NCBI GenBank assembly: GCA_016699595.1
Contig: CP064982.1
Span: 203,647 to 267,646, forward strand
Direction of reading: 5' to 3'
Source: a bacterium
GTDB taxonomy: Bacteria; Patescibacteriota; Dojkabacteria; GCA-016699595
Length of the DNA: 64,000 bases
Shown here: positions 21,401 through 30,905 of the stretch, in pieces
Layout: every line of letters begins with the position of its first letter
Position numbering within the stretch: position 1 is the first letter of the stretch
Notes under the pieces: generated by a model
The model's input: the letters and a program-made list of their open reading frames with translations, nothing else
Databases searched by the model: none
Told to the model about the DNA's origin: nothing
Position numbers and translations under genes: made by a program

Positions 21401-21660
21401 GCAGGTAGCCCAAAACTATCCCAACCAATGGGCAATATTACTTCTTTGCCACGCATTCGTTCAAACCTAGCTAAAATATCAACCGGATTGAAGCAATACA
21501 TATGACCTACATGTAGTCCATAACCAGAAGGATAAGGCAAGGCAACAAGTGCATAATATTTATCTTTTTCTGACTTTAGGTTTGGCTTATAAAGTCTTTG
21601 TTCTTTCCAAACTTCTCTCCATTTGGAGTCAATTTGTTGGTGTGGGAATTTGTTTGTCAT
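18472..21660 (-). CDS. leuS: leucyl-tRNA synthetase carrying an in-frame GNAT acetyltransferase domain insertion (about aa 701-898) and a Cys-rich insertion in the editing region
   Basis: HIGH-type PYPSGYGLHVGH and KMSKRWGN. A complete GNAT motif A/B (LYIDRDFRAKGIGGVAMEVI...VVSGNNAINLYRKFGF) sits between the catalytic core and the anticodon-binding ELKFNTCVAEFMKFQN...LAPFAPFITDE. 1062 aa. Confidence 0.9.
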   Translation of the reverse strand: MTNKFPHQQIDSKWREVWKEQRLYKPNLKSEKDKYYALVALPYPSGYGLHVGHMYCFNPVDILARFERMRGKEVILPIGWDSFGLPAENYAIKTGIHPNTTTQEAISNFKRQLDLVGFSTDWETHELAAHWENYYKWTQWIFLQMYKDGLAYRANAPVNWCPSCQTVLANEQVINGKCERCESLVLQKDMEQWFMKITNYSERLYQDLDEVDWPESTKAAQKNWIGRSEGAEVEFQIFPSRKVTEAEGSNDGNTLKVFTTRPDTIYGATFMVIAPEHAMLVEMQDFITNNQDIIDYKNQAKLKSQLERESQIKKTGVEVKGIKAINPMTKAEIPIFVADYVLNTYGTGAIMAVPAHDERDFEFATKYGCDIVQVIKRIDAKGNLGCNNPNCNNCKDNCECEVDRCEKLPFLTDDENSRLIHSDILNGLTVPEAKKRIIKEFEKLGIGSTKITYRLRDWLISRQRYWGCPIPIVYIPVTEDNSQNKDYNELKEVTFDGKKYFVKPVDEKYLPLKLPTDVEFKPTGESPIAYSESYKKLAEELYGVGSRFEFDTLDTFIDSSWYYMRYMSVNDDTKAFDSELCNAWLPTDLYMIGPEHIVLHLMYSRFFTKYFFDKGLINYSEPFYKMRHQGMIQGPDGRKMSKRWGNIVNPSTVCEKYGADTLRVYEMFMGPLEQSKNWSEETVVGVRRYIDRVWNFAEQLGNTNVKDSYSEKAQEVIQKYNLTFESIKESEIRDARRIQVEGWYDNNISPETGIDIEILKNIQGMIVPDESTDLTNIIPRFANSNRKISLTIKSEGKVIGWLSSFLSQDKNQHRKLVLYIDRDFRAKGIGGVAMEVIITKFAIHDLYLEVVSGNNAINLYRKFGFVECGEDKYMLKDNVHYLPVIKMVRYVSTPKVKAELQKLIKYVTTNIPELKFNTCVAEFMKFQNLIEQEGMTISIDDFLTYMKLLAPFAPFITDEIYNNLTINIASSVESVDLSETEEVSIHQTNWPTWDEKLISEEKMVIGVQVNGKLRGELELSVDDDELSLKEKVMQDMNIAKWLQGVEIKKFIYVKGRIVSIVI

Positions 21661-22031
21661 GTTGATTTAATTGTTGTTTCAAAGGATTGAGTGATTTTTT
21701 GCCAAAATTTTTCAATAGTAGTTGTTTGATCTGATATTTCGAAATAAAAACCTACTTCATCGTTATGAAGCTTTATAAACTTTGCATCAGAGGCAAAAAC
21801 TTCCCTGTTTAGCTTGTCAAAATCTTCTATAGTAGTAATTTGTTTAAAAGTATCTTTTACTATACCAAGGTCGTCAAAGTTATTGTTCAAAGTTTGTTGC
21901 ATAATACTTACTATTTCTTTTGATGTGCAGCCAATTATTGATTTCATCTTTTGCTTTTGGCCCATAGTTGTTCGTATATAAAAAGATGGTTTTGGAGTAA
22001 TGATTTTTTGAATTTTTTCTAATATACTCAT
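21657..22031 (-). CDS. hypothetical protein (124 aa)
   Basis: ATG-to-TGA ORF whose TGA overlaps the leuS ATG (ATGA). Confidence 0.4.
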   Translation of the reverse strand: MSILEKIQKIITPKPSFYIRTTMGQKQKMKSIIGCTSKEIVSIMQQTLNNNFDDLGIVKDTFKQITTIEDFDKLNREVFASDAKFIKLHNDEVGFYFEISDQTTTIEKFWQKITQSFETTIKST

Positions 22032-22053
22032 ATTGGTAATGTAAAAACTTAAT

Positions 22054-22590
22054 TTATAAATATTGCAAAATCTCAGCTAAATTCTCTGGAGCATTAAAAC
22101 CCTTGCACATGTAAGCATCGGATGGAGGTGGTATCCAATCTGAGGATGTTACTTCAAGCTTTTGCATTTTACCTTCAAAGTATAAAACTGCACAATCAGT
22201 ATTCCACATCTTTTCTCCAAGAGTGAAGACTACATAAGAATTATCATCTTGCTTTTCACTACTATTATTCTTAGCAAGATATTTACTCTCTTTTATCAGT
22301 TTAAGTTCAGAAATTTTCATATCGTTGTTTAGATTAGACTTAAGAAATACTCTTATACTGTCAAAATAATCTTGATAATAACTGCTTGGATCTCCAGTGC
22401 CTTTCGCATACAGAGAAACTTTCTCTACTTCATTTGCCAACACAAAATTACTTTTGTCAAAGTTTGGTATGCCAATTTTGTTTTCAGTATCAAACAGACT
22501 AGAAGTTAATATTCGTATAATTATATATATGATGATGATAATTAGTATGAAAATTATTACTATCAAAGTTGCTATTCGTGATTTGCTCAT
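22054..22590 (-). CDS. membrane-anchored hypothetical protein (N-terminal TM helix)
   Basis: N-terminus MSKSRIATLIVIIFILIIIIIYIIIRIL is followed by a soluble domain with two Cys. Confidence 0.45.
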   Translation of the reverse strand: MSKSRIATLIVIIFILIIIIIYIIIRILTSSLFDTENKIGIPNFDKSNFVLANEVEKVSLYAKGTGDPSSYYQDYFDSIRVFLKSNLNNDMKISELKLIKESKYLAKNNSSEKQDDNSYVVFTLGEKMWNTDCAVLYFEGKMQKLEVTSSDWIPPPSDAYMCKGFNAPENLAEILQYL

Positions 22591-22601
22591 GTGTTAAAGA
22601 G

Positions 22602-22943
22602 TCACTTAGTTAATATTTGGACTAAAGATACTAGTGTAATAATGATCCAACAAATATTTATAACTATCGGTTGTGGATTCTTGTCTTTCAATGTATCAAT
22701 TATTATTCCTGTACTTGCAGTAACATTCAAGAAAATAGCTAGTAGTACAAGTGGAATTTGTTCAAATTTGTTCGTGATAAGCCAGCTGTTGATAGTGTAA
22801 GCTGTCAAAGTTGCAATTACTCCATACCAGCCAGCTATTTCAGTTAGTTTGTTGTTCAATATATAAAAAATACCCTGAAATACATATCCTAAACTAAATT
22901 TAGAACATATACTCCAGGGTTGAAAATTTAATAATATTTCCAA
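22602..22943 (-). CDS. small integral membrane protein, unknown
   Basis: About 3 TM helices. The TTG start is uncertain. Confidence 0.35.
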   Translation of the reverse strand: MEILLNFQPWSICSKFSLGYVFQGIFYILNNKLTEIAGWYGVIATLTAYTINSWLITNKFEQIPLVLLAIFLNVTASTGIIIDTLKDKNPQPIVINICWIIITLVSLVQILTK

Positions 22944-23245
22944 GGTACCACCCTTAGTTTGAGATCAGTATTTAAAATTAACAATCAAATTCACCTTTCC
23001 AAATTGAAAGTAACTTGTCTCACTTGAAACTCATTTTTGTATTCTGAGTTTGTATATTTGTTTTACAAGTAATTTACTTAAAGCTTGTCAGAGTCTAATA
23101 AGTTATGTCTAACCTTTCTTTCTGAACTAAAATTCGGCGAGTTTCCCATTTATTCTATCTTGTAAAAACTACAACATAATTATTCATGGCCTCCGAAAGT
23201 GTGCTTATTATAACAACGATATAAAATATATGTCAAACTTTTTTT

Positions 23246-26200
23246 CTATAATTTAAACAAAGGGTTTAGATAAAGGAAAATAACATTTCTCTTTCCAGTA
23301 TCAGCTAGTTTTATCTCAAATTGAACTGGAGTAGGATCATTCAATCTGTTAGGTAAAATATTACCTGAATTGGTTCTATTATTCAGGTCATCTGGTTGAT
23401 CCGTTCCCACATTATTGTTATTTCCATTGTAACCACTTTGATTTTCTGTATTATCATCTGAAATATCAATTACGGTCTCACTCAGATCAGAAGTGCCTTT
23501 TATTGTTGCAGAATTCCAAAATACACTTCTACTAGTACCCACAATCTTGAGATCAAGAGTAATGATTATAACTCCCTCTTCTAATATCCCTAAACTATCT
23601 GTACCAATCAAAACATTGTCATCTGTTACTCCGTCGTAAAGAGAATTTATTTGAAAATTATTATCAGTCGTTGCGACAACATTACTTATTTCTATTGGTA
23701 CTGGGAAAGCTAATCTCAAGTTATCTTTAACTTGTAAGTTATGCAACTTCATATTTCCCACATTTTTGAATCTTAATTCATATTTAATTTTGAATTGATT
23801 CGAACCTAAATCAGTCGAGGATATCAGTTTCTTAAGCAAACCTATCTTAGGACTTGAAACCATTGCATTCGCAGGATCATCTGAAGATATACTATCAGGA
23901 ACCGTACCATCAGTAAGTGGGGATGGTGTTGCTGTAACAACTCCTGTATTTGTATGCTGACCATTTTCTGGAGCTATTAGTGTAGCTGTACAAATCATGC
24001 TCTCCATAGGTAGTAATATAGTTTTGGGGCAGTTGATCTCACTAGTATTTATATGAGTGTCAGAAACTACAATATCATTCAATGTTATATTACCAATGTT
24101 AGTTACTTCAAATGTAATTTCCATCAAGGTTCCGGCACTGATATATATTCCAGGTTCTACATTAGCGTCTTCACCATTTATTCTTTTGATAATGTTTATA
24201 GCTGGATTGATAGATAATGCATTCGCAGGATCGCTGTCACTAATAGGTGACGGATGTAAGTTGTTAGGTGTAGGTGATGGAGTTCCCATTACAGTCCCAC
24301 TATTGGTATGCTGAATACCACTTGCTGGAGATGTGAAGCTCGCAGTACATGTCATGGTTCCACCCACAGCAAGTACATTGCTAGGACAATTGATTTGAGA
24401 AGTAGCAATCATGTCATCTGCTATGACTATATGGTTTAGTTGAACATTGCCAGTATTTGCAACTTGATACTCGATAGTTAAAGGAGTGTTCGGTAACACG
24501 TAAATTCCCGGAGTAATATTTGCGTCATTACCATTTATCAACTTGATTAAACTTATTCCAGGTAATGCTGGTACAAATGCATTTGCTGGGTCAGAATCAG
24601 TAACATTTGCAGGCTGATTCCCATTTGGCAATGTAGGGGGTGTGCCGGTGACATTTGCAATATTTGTATGTTGCCCTGCATTATTAGGTAAAGTAAATAC
24701 ACTAGTACATGTTATAGATTCTCGAGGAATCAATGTAGTTTTGGGGCAGCTAATATCTGATTCGCTTAATACATTATCTTCAAGAAGAATATTATTTAAA
24801 ATTGTATTTCCTGTATTTGTAATTTCAAATGTAATGTTTAGCTGAGAACCACCTTCGTAAGATAGTCCTGGAGTAGAATTTGCATCATCGCCATTTATCC
24901 TTTTGACGACTGAAATGCTAGGACTGCTACCTACAAATCCAGCATCAATAGTTATATCTGACTCACCGATATCCAAAGTAATAACTTGGCTTATACCATT
25001 TGCAAGTGAAGCATCTGAATCTTCAGTGTCATTACCAGTATTTGGATAAGTATAAGTATAACCAGCTGGTGGCGTGAATCTTATTTTATAATCTCCATGT
25101 ACTAAATTTTCAAATAAATATAATCCATCATTCCCAGTGACAACAGAATCAATAACTGTATTATTTATATCTATCAGCTCTACAAGTACTCCAGCTAATG
25201 GTAATTCCCCGCTATCGATTATCCCATTAAAGTTACTATCAACCCAAACATAATCTCCAATTTCTCCAAGAAGCACTTGAACAGAAACATTATTTGATAC
25301 CGCAGGTAAAGCAAGTCCGCTTGCCCTAAGTATAAATTGATTTGTGAAAATATCACCATTCATATTTGGAGAATTAGTCTGAGGCTTCATAACTAATTTG
25401 TATATAGAACTATCACCTCCATTTAGTAAACCAGTTTGAATTCTTAACCCGGTTACTTCATTTAATGTAGCTGGACATCCTATATTTCCAAATTGCAATT
25501 GAGTACACCAAACAATGGCTGGGTTGATAGAGATCGGATCAAGGTCATTAGGTAGTGACAGGGTGCTTCTGTCATGTTTCGTGAAGAGTATGTTTGTAGG
25601 AACAACTCCTGACTCGTAAGATATACTTTGTAGTATAGTTGTTCCATGATAATTTGTAGCAGGTGTTCTCTGATCTCCGTTCCAAGGAAGCCAATCTATA
25701 AGATCAGTACTAGGTACAGGATTTTGACCCGGATTCGTCATGCCCAACGAAAACTCAATTGTATCTAATGGCTCAACAATTGGCTTGATTGTTGACTTTT
25801 CAACTGCAAATGCAGATGTGTTTATAACTTGTAATGTAGCCGTTGATGTTCGCCAAGATTCCATAGAAGGATCATTCTCGGCAGATATTAGGGCACTATT
25901 TGTTTTCATAGTTCCACTAGGAATCAAATTGCTGATGTCAGTCCTGAAAGCAATAAATTTGAATAGTTTACCAACTTCTACATCCCCATAGTTCCAAGTG
26001 AGAGTACTAGTACCATCAACATTGTAAGTAATGCTAGGTTCGCAATTTATAGGTGCTATTTGAAAAACCATTGATATAGGTAAGTTGCATAAAGCTGTTC
26101 CGGGTATATAAGCTATCCCTTGTGGTAAGGTATCTGTCAGTACCACATTTTGTGCAAATCCAGGTGGAGTAGCACCCATAGATTCAGTGTTTGGCCATAA

Positions 26201-28282
26201 CATCCAGAATGCCTCTTGGTCTGTTGTCAATGTATCATCTTTCTTAGCACTATCTGTTATAGTCTTATTCACACGAACTTTTGCACCTACTACAGTAATT
26301 CTGTCACCAAGACCATTTCCAAGTGCGGTATCAACATTATAGTTGCTGTCAATCCAACCTCCATTTACAGGTTGCCATTGTAATGCAGCGTCTTTAAACC
26401 CAAAGTGATTGGCAACTTTTTGATTTAAGGGGGCAGTAGACTTCACGATATAAGGGACTTCTAAAACGAATGAAGCATTGCTGACTTGTTCTTGATAATT
26501 TAATTGTTCAGCAATGGTATAATCTTCGGTAAATAGAACTCTAATTTTTGTAATTGCAGCACTACCACCGGGTACAGAACCTAAATCCGAGTACCATAAT
26601 CCATCAGTTGACTGATTATTTTCGCAATTTGCTGACATTATAGCACTGTCATTAGCCCAATTTATACCTACTCCATTTACTCCTCCTGTGCCATATTGAA
26701 CTATGACATCAGTGAAGCTATCTAGTAGGGACGGATTGTCTACATGTACTATTGCTCCTTCAGCAGTATGGCCTGATATTGGGTAGACCTCTACATATCT
26801 ATTATCGATTTTGGTACATAACATACTACCGGCAATATAAGTCATTTTTCCATTTGGATAAAAAATATTTTTGCTAGAATACAATCCACCTCTTGGAACA
26901 ACACCATCTCCAGATGCATCTGTCGAACCAACGGGCACAATACTCGATAGATAACCAGCGGTTAAGTTACCATCACTGATCAAATTTGCAGTGCTAATAT
27001 TATCAACATATTTATAATCTCTTTTGGCAACTATACCACCTGGAGGTAATGTAATTACATTTACATATCCATTTTCTGAACCATACAAAGAAGTATTAAG
27101 TGTATCTTCATTTGTTAGACCTGTTCCTGGATCACCAGCTCCACCAAAGTTAGCATTGCCTGAGTTTAAGCCAACCGGACTAAAGTTTTCAAACATATTC
27201 AATACATTTGCAAGTTCATAGTTACCAGTTGATGGATTGATATTTAGATCAGTAAATGGTATAAATATTGCTATATAGTCAGAAACAATCCACATGTCAT
27301 TGCTTGAAAGAGTATTCCCGTTTTTTGCAACAGTTGGAAATGTAGAAGGATTTGTATGAGTACTAGAAATTGATATGTTGATAATTTGTGCATCTCCAAG
27401 ACTAGGAGTACAAGTAATTGTACCTGAATCTTCGACAGCATTTGTCGCAGTTGATCCTGAGTAATTGCCAATCTTGCCAAATGGAAAATATTGGACTTGA
27501 AAAGTACTTACGCCACATGCATCAAGTTCTGCATTGGGGCTAATTCCTGAAATATCATCTGTAAATGTCATTGGTAATTGAGGTATTTCTGACCCAGGTT
27601 TCAATTTGACACCTATTCCATAGTACCAAAGTGTTCCAGCTACGCCATCTTTCAACTTTGTACCTCTATATTCTATACTTCCTTTTTGTAAATCAATTTT
27701 AGGTGTAGCAGTTCCTGTTACTGTAGGTGCTGATGCAGTTGTGACATGCGTTGCTCCTGTAGCTGATGCAGTACCAGTTAAAGTAATAGTTGTCCCCTCA
27801 ACTATACTAGGTAAAGCGCGCACATTACCGTATACAGAAGTAATTTCACCGGTGTTTCTAATCCCAGTATTGCATATCAATATTGACTGAGTGTTTATGC
27901 CATCTCCAGTTAATGAGCCTCCTGAACCAAGATTACACCCTACAGGTATTTCCGTCCAAATATATCCTAGTGGTAGTGGATTTAATGTAGCAGTTAGATT
28001 TGCATAAGGTTCTTGAGTACTACCCGTCGAATCAACTAAGTTTAAATCAATTTTATATACTATAAGTTGTCCAGCACGTACTCTGTAATTGTTTGCTGAA
28101 CTATCGTTTCCAATTAAATCATCTATGTCAAAAGGAGAATTGCCATCATACTCAACAGATATAGCAATACCAGCCGTTGTCGTTGAACCATCAGCAGTAA
28201 TCTTTTCGTTTAGTTTACTTGATGCAGTGAAAAAGACGGTTACAATAATCAAAATTAGTGCTGTGATTTTAATTAGTTTCAT
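23246..28282 (-). CDS. giant secreted/cell-surface protein (1678 aa) with a signal peptide, at least three tandem DUF11-type conserved repeat domains and an SdrD-B/Cna-B-like domain; putative adhesin
   Basis: N-terminal signal peptide MKLIKITALILIIVTVFFTASS. Repeats RINGDDANSTPG...ITFEITNTGNT...ISCPKT...GQHTNIANVTGTP occur three times, typical of DUF11. GDYVWVDSNFNGIIDSGELPLAGVLVELID...TGNDGLYLFENLVHGDYKIRF resembles an SdrD B-like domain. Composition is Thr/Ser/Asn/Gly-rich. Confidence 0.8.
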   Translation of the reverse strand: MKLIKITALILIIVTVFFTASSKLNEKITADGSTTTAGIAISVEYDGNSPFDIDDLIGNDSSANNYRVRAGQLIVYKIDLNLVDSTGSTQEPYANLTATLNPLPLGYIWTEIPVGCNLGSGGSLTGDGINTQSILICNTGIRNTGEITSVYGNVRALPSIVEGTTITLTGTASATGATHVTTASAPTVTGTATPKIDLQKGSIEYRGTKLKDGVAGTLWYYGIGVKLKPGSEIPQLPMTFTDDISGISPNAELDACGVSTFQVQYFPFGKIGNYSGSTATNAVEDSGTITCTPSLGDAQIINISISSTHTNPSTFPTVAKNGNTLSSNDMWIVSDYIAIFIPFTDLNINPSTGNYELANVLNMFENFSPVGLNSGNANFGGAGDPGTGLTNEDTLNTSLYGSENGYVNVITLPPGGIVAKRDYKYVDNISTANLISDGNLTAGYLSSIVPVGSTDASGDGVVPRGGLYSSKNIFYPNGKMTYIAGSMLCTKIDNRYVEVYPISGHTAEGAIVHVDNPSLLDSFTDVIVQYGTGGVNGVGINWANDSAIMSANCENNQSTDGLWYSDLGSVPGGSAAITKIRVLFTEDYTIAEQLNYQEQVSNASFVLEVPYIVKSTAPLNQKVANHFGFKDAALQWQPVNGGWIDSNYNVDTALGNGLGDRITVVGAKVRVNKTITDSAKKDDTLTTDQEAFWMLWPNTESMGATPPGFAQNVVLTDTLPQGIAYIPGTALCNLPISMVFQIAPINCEPSITYNVDGTSTLTWNYGDVEVGKLFKFIAFRTDISNLIPSGTMKTNSALISAENDPSMESWRTSTATLQVINTSAFAVEKSTIKPIVEPLDTIEFSLGMTNPGQNPVPSTDLIDWLPWNGDQRTPATNYHGTTILQSISYESGVVPTNILFTKHDRSTLSLPNDLDPISINPAIVWCTQLQFGNIGCPATLNEVTGLRIQTGLLNGGDSSIYKLVMKPQTNSPNMNGDIFTNQFILRASGLALPAVSNNVSVQVLLGEIGDYVWVDSNFNGIIDSGELPLAGVLVELIDINNTVIDSVVTGNDGLYLFENLVHGDYKIRFTPPAGYTYTYPNTGNDTEDSDASLANGISQVITLDIGESDITIDAGFVGSSPSISVVKRINGDDANSTPGLSYEGGSQLNITFEITNTGNTILNNILLEDNVLSESDISCPKTTLIPRESITCTSVFTLPNNAGQHTNIANVTGTPPTLPNGNQPANVTDSDPANAFVPALPGISLIKLINGNDANITPGIYVLPNTPLTIEYQVANTGNVQLNHIVIADDMIATSQINCPSNVLAVGGTMTCTASFTSPASGIQHTNSGTVMGTPSPTPNNLHPSPISDSDPANALSINPAINIIKRINGEDANVEPGIYISAGTLMEITFEVTNIGNITLNDIVVSDTHINTSEINCPKTILLPMESMICTATLIAPENGQHTNTGVVTATPSPLTDGTVPDSISSDDPANAMVSSPKIGLLKKLISSTDLGSNQFKIKYELRFKNVGNMKLHNLQVKDNLRLAFPVPIEISNVVATTDNNFQINSLYDGVTDDNVLIGTDSLGILEEGVIIITLDLKIVGTSRSVFWNSATIKGTSDLSETVIDISDDNTENQSGYNGNNNNVGTDQPDDLNNRTNSGNILPNRLNDPTPVQFEIKLADTGKRNVIFLYLNPLFKL

Positions 28283-28801
28283 ATAGGCAATTGTTGAGGT
28301 GTGGCTAAAAGTATTTGCTTTATTTTAAAAGATATTTGATGCAATATCAAGTAATGAACTTTCTGTATAAGTTCATTGTTAAATTTGATAAGCTAAAATT
28401 GACAAGAGGTTGATTAGGGTTCCTTGATAATTTAACAATGTAATACTAAGTGTATTGCAGTTGTCGTTAAAACTTATATTATGGTTTTTTGAATAATTCA
28501 ACTCATGTCAGAACTCTTGCTTTCAAATATTATCAAATCAAAAGTTTGATAACAATGCGCAATTCAATTGTTTTGATGACCATAGAATGATTTCTCTGTT
28601 ACAAATGATCTATCAAGTTATCACAAGACAGTAAATAATTTTTGGTCTACACTTTTTAATATTAAATTATTATTTGTCCTATTTTCATTTTTAACTGAAA
28701 GTTTTTTGTCCGAAAATAATCGAACTATCAATACATTTTTTACCTTCAAAAGCAGGTTTTTGCAATTTGAATTATCAAGCTTTTGAATATATAATGTTGC
28801 T

Positions 28802-29644
28802 ATGAAACAAGAATTCAGTTTTTTTAAGGATTTTTTTGTCAATATATTTAGACCGAAGAATTTAATGCATAATGTAGAATTCAGTTCTATGTCTGAAAAG
28901 TTATTGAAATTTTCAGGCACATTTTTCTTGGGGCAGTTTATTACGTTTTTTGTTGCAGTGTTTCAACTAACAGCCTTGGCAATTATAGCTTTTATAGCGA
29001 ACTTTGAATTTCAAAATCAGTTATCTATTCGAAATGATATTTTTGGTGATCCTAGCCGACTTTTAAACGACATAATAATTCTTTTGTTAGGATTATTGTT
29101 TATTGTAATTATTGCTCCAATTTTTGAGGAATTAATCTTTAGGCTACATCTGAAAAATGATAAAACTCAACAAGCAATTTCATTTGCATTATTTGTTAGT
29201 TACTTTTTAATACCTATTACAGGTGGGTTTCTCTTCAAAAGATATACTTCATTAAGTCAAACAAACATAAGTATAATAATCTTATTAGTAGGCATATTAA
29301 CATTTTTGTTTTTATTTGTTTTTTTAAAGTACATTTTTTTTGATCTTAAATTTGTAAATTCATTTATTACAAATTTGTATACAAAGTATTTCTTTGTGCC
29401 TTTTTATTTGTCGGTGATAATATTTGGGCTTATACATATTTTGAATTATAAGCCAATGCCATGGTATTTATATTTGTTTATACCGATAATTACTTTGACG
29501 CAGCTGTGGTTAGGATATTTATTTGGATACATCAGAATGAGATATGGAATGATTTATTCAATCGTAGCTCATGTGCTACACAATTTTGCAATTGTAATTG
29601 TAATTGGCACATTGGTGGCATTTTTGGAGCTACTAATTACTTGA
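28802..29644 (+). CDS. CPBP family intramembrane metalloprotease (CAAX protease / Abi family)
   Basis: Motif 1 FEELIFR (EExxxR), motif 2 FGLIHILNY (FxxxH), motif 3 VAHVLHNF (HxxxN). Polytopic. Confidence 0.7.
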   Translation: MKQEFSFFKDFFVNIFRPKNLMHNVEFSSMSEKLLKFSGTFFLGQFITFFVAVFQLTALAIIAFIANFEFQNQLSIRNDIFGDPSRLLNDIIILLLGLLFIVIIAPIFEELIFRLHLKNDKTQQAISFALFVSYFLIPITGGFLFKRYTSLSQTNISIIILLVGILTFLFLFVFLKYIFFDLKFVNSFITNLYTKYFFVPFYLSVIIFGLIHILNYKPMPWYLYLFIPIITLTQLWLGYLFGYIRMRYGMIYSIVAHVLHNFAIVIVIGTLVAFLELLIT

Positions 29645-29670
29645 GTAGTTAGCTAAATATATGAAATGAT

Positions 29671-30123
29671 ATGAAGAAAATTGAAGTAATTCTTGATAAC
29701 ATAAGATCTCTTTATAATGTTGGGTCAGTATTTCGAACCAGCGATGGGCTGGGAATTTCAAAGCTTTATCTTTGTGGAATTACTGCAACTCCAGAACATC
29801 CAAAGTTAGCAAAAACTTCACTTGGTGCAGAAAAATCTGTAAGTTGGGAATATCATAAAGATGTGCTTGAATTAGTTAATAATTTAAAGTCAGCAGAAAA
29901 AAGAATTATTAGTATAGAAACTGGAGAAAGTGCAGTTGAACTTAATAAGTTTCAGTTTAGGGATGATGATGTTTTGGTCTTTGGTCACGAAGTAGATGGT
30001 GTGAATAAAGAAGTTTTAAAGTTATCCAATTATATAGTGAAAATTTCAATGCAAGGTATGAAAGAAAGTTTCAATGTAGGAAGTAGCTTTGCAATTGTTG
30101 CGTATGTTGCGATGAAAAATTAG
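29671..30123 (+). CDS. trmL: SpoU/TrmH-family RNA 2'-O-methyltransferase, TrmL-like (tRNA wobble C/U34)
   Basis: 150 aa. Has NVGSVFRTSDGLG and GHEVDGV...ISMQG..ESFNVGSSFAIVAY, typical of minimal SPOUT TrmL. Confidence 0.7.
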   Translation: MKKIEVILDNIRSLYNVGSVFRTSDGLGISKLYLCGITATPEHPKLAKTSLGAEKSVSWEYHKDVLELVNNLKSAEKRIISIETGESAVELNKFQFRDDDVLVFGHEVDGVNKEVLKLSNYIVKISMQGMKESFNVGSSFAIVAYVAMKN

Positions 30124-30149
30124 ATCTTCCTTAAAAATATCAATTAAAT

Positions 30150-30860
30150 TCAAGAAGTAATACTACTTAAAATAAAGTATCTATTCCAATCCATTTCAAA
30201 CTCTTTCTCAATTTGAAAATTATTTACTACAAAGTATTTCTCGATATCTTCCTCTTCCCACTTGTAACAAATCCTTTCAGCTTCATTATTTCCAAAAGCC
30301 AGTTTATATAGATTTGGACTTATTTCAATTGCTTTTTTCATAAGTCTAGGTATTTTCCAAAACTCCCAAAAACTAAGTATAAGTAATGTGCCATTTTTTG
30401 AATGATTTTTGATATTTTTGAAGAAATTGTCCCTCGCTGTTTCACTTTCTAAATGATGTGTAACTCCAAAACCAACTTTGATATCAAACTTCTGATCTTG
30501 CAATATTTCCCAACTTTCCGAAGTGAAATCTTGTTTAAGAAATTTAACATTTGGTAAATTAAATTTTTCTTTTGAAATCTCAAGCAAAGTGTCAGAATAA
30601 TCAATTCCTGTATAATTCTCAAAACTAATATTATTATCAATCAAAAAGTTCAGAAATCTACCGTTTCCAGATCCAATGTCTAGTATATTTTTATTCATTC
30701 CTTGTGGAAGGTGGCTGAAAGTCGGAAGGGGTTTTGAAGTATCATCTGCTTGAATTATGTTAAAATAAGGCATCAATTCATACCAACCTTGCCATGGTGC
30801 ATAACGGCTATCTGAAAATTCTTTTGCTGATTTTGGATTTAAATACAAATTATTTTTCAT
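30150..30860 (-). CDS. class I SAM-dependent methyltransferase (possible Trm9-like partner of Elp3; inference)
   Basis: ILDIGSGNGRF (motif I, Rossmann SAM-binding). Lies divergently adjacent to elp3. Confidence 0.65.
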   Translation of the reverse strand: MKNNLYLNPKSAKEFSDSRYAPWQGWYELMPYFNIIQADDTSKPLPTFSHLPQGMNKNILDIGSGNGRFLNFLIDNNISFENYTGIDYSDTLLEISKEKFNLPNVKFLKQDFTSESWEILQDQKFDIKVGFGVTHHLESETARDNFFKNIKNHSKNGTLLILSFWEFWKIPRLMKKAIEISPNLYKLAFGNNEAERICYKWEEEDIEKYFVVNNFQIEKEFEMDWNRYFILSSITS

Positions 30861-30905
30861 TCTGACTTAAACAAAACCCAACTTCATGAAATTATATCAG
30901 AACTT

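Noticed and set aside
24057-27221. Plus-strand track ORFs (24057..24314, 24642..24845, 25740..25991, 27024..27221) inside the giant minus-strand gene.
   Set aside because: They are antisense to a continuous 5-kb ORF with clear domain repeats. They are short, low-complexity, and typical of spurious antisense frames.
28621-28920. 99-aa minus-strand ORF upstream of the CPBP gene.
   Set aside because: It lies in an AT-rich divergent promoter region, is low-complexity, and overlaps the start of the CPBP gene.
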